Positions 33,524 to 34,228 of a stretch of DNA of 34,228 nt are shown piece by piece (position 1 is the stretch's first letter; the number at the start of each line of letters is the position of its first letter). The position numbers and the translations under genes were made by a program. The notes below the pieces were generated by a model. The model did not search any database. It had not been told where the DNA came from and saw only the letters and a list, made by a program, of their open reading frames with translations. Origin of the DNA: Campylobacterota bacterium (lineage in GTDB: Bacteria; Campylobacterota; Campylobacteria; Campylobacterales; Sulfurovaceae); NCBI GenBank assembly GCA_022600655.1, contig JAHZJZ010000216.1, positions 1 through 34,228 on the forward strand, written 5' to 3'.

Positions 33524-34091
33524 ATGGCAACACCTATCGAATTTATCAAAACAAACGAGCTTGACTGGCAACCATCTTACAATGGAATGATTAGTGAGAC
33601 ACTACACGGTTACAGAGGAGCACTCATCGTTGAAGAGGGGAAACAGATTTCACCTGATAGAAAACTGCCTCCAAAAATTCAAGCCAAGCAAGTTATTATG
33701 GTAAGTGAGGGTGAGAGCATTAAGTTTATCTCTTGTGAGTTAGAGAGTTTTGATGACTTTGCACCGATGTTTACGAAATACAAAGAGTTCTTCACTCCTG
33801 AGAGCATAAACATTCTCTATGTAACCGACCTTGATGGAAATGGAACATTTGAGTATGAGGGTATCAAATTTACAGCCTTTTCACTGAGTGAAAGTTCGGT
33901 TTGGAATGAACTTTTAGAGTTGGCTAATTTAGAGAAACGCGACATGAAAACATTGAAAAAGAGTGAAGATAAAAATCAAAAAAATCTATGACGAACTTCT
34001 TGAGTCTAATGTAGAAGAAGCCTCTAAAACTTATGAAGAGATGTGTGACCTTAAAGGTGAGAGTTCTAAACAGATTATGGGTGCTGTTTAA
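33524..34091 (+). CDS. Hypothetical protein, 188 aa after correcting a +1 frameshift at 33971-33975
   Basis: Removing one A gives ...EDKIKKIYDELLESNVEEASKTYEEMCDLKGESSKQIMGAV*, ending just before the terminator. Confidence 0.75.
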
Positions 34092-34114
34092 AGGGTTCGA
34101 AAGTTTATCAACAA

Positions 34115-34144
34115 AACTAAGTTATGGTCATCCATAACTTAGTT
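34115..34144. terminator. Hairpin between convergent genes
   Basis: AACTAAGTTATGG-TCAT-CCATAACTTAGTT, 13-bp perfect stem. Confidence 0.75.
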
Positions 34145-34228
34145 GGCTTCTTTATTTTCGCTACTATTAAGTTCCAGTCTAACATCCTCTTTTCCCTCAA
34201 TAAAAGCTTGAGTAATGATGCACTTCTC
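34139..34228 (-). CDS. clpX: 3' end of a gene, probably ClpX
   Basis: Open frame EKCIITQAFIEGKEDVRLELNSSENKEAN* resembles ClpX C-termini; only 29 aa visible. Confidence 0.45.
   Translation of the reverse strand, partial: EKCIITQAFIEGKEDVRLELNSSENKEAN

Overview
AT-rich Campylobacterota-like DNA (Sulfurovum/Sulfurimonas-like; taxonomy is inferred from protein style and promoter form) carrying the accessory part of a Mo-nitrogenase (nif) cluster: nifB, nifV, nifE (split by a +1 frameshift), nifN, nifX, DUF269, flavodoxin, an atypical P-II, nifW, nifZ, a Shethna/FeSII-like ferredoxin, further ferredoxins and an embedded rpoN. nifHDK and nifA are not in the window. Eleven intact GG-N10-G(C/T) sigma54 promoters can be read directly. 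They define a regulon that also covers uncharacterised genes: an LRR protein, a hemerythrin/pseudo-peroxiredoxin/ankyrin operon, a MoxR AAA+/DUF2201-vWA pair, a SagB-like oxidoreductase operon and two hypotheticals. Accessory cassettes (three toxin-antitoxin modules, sixA, and a five-gene glucosylglycerate operon) sit directly upstream of sigma54 promoters. Two inserts are flanked by diverged copies of neighbouring gene ends. Several REP-like and IS200/IS605-like palindromes are present. The left edge is a nirF-like gene with an FNR/DNR-type promoter, and the right edge is probably the 3' end of clpX. All family assignments come from recognised motifs; no database search was run.
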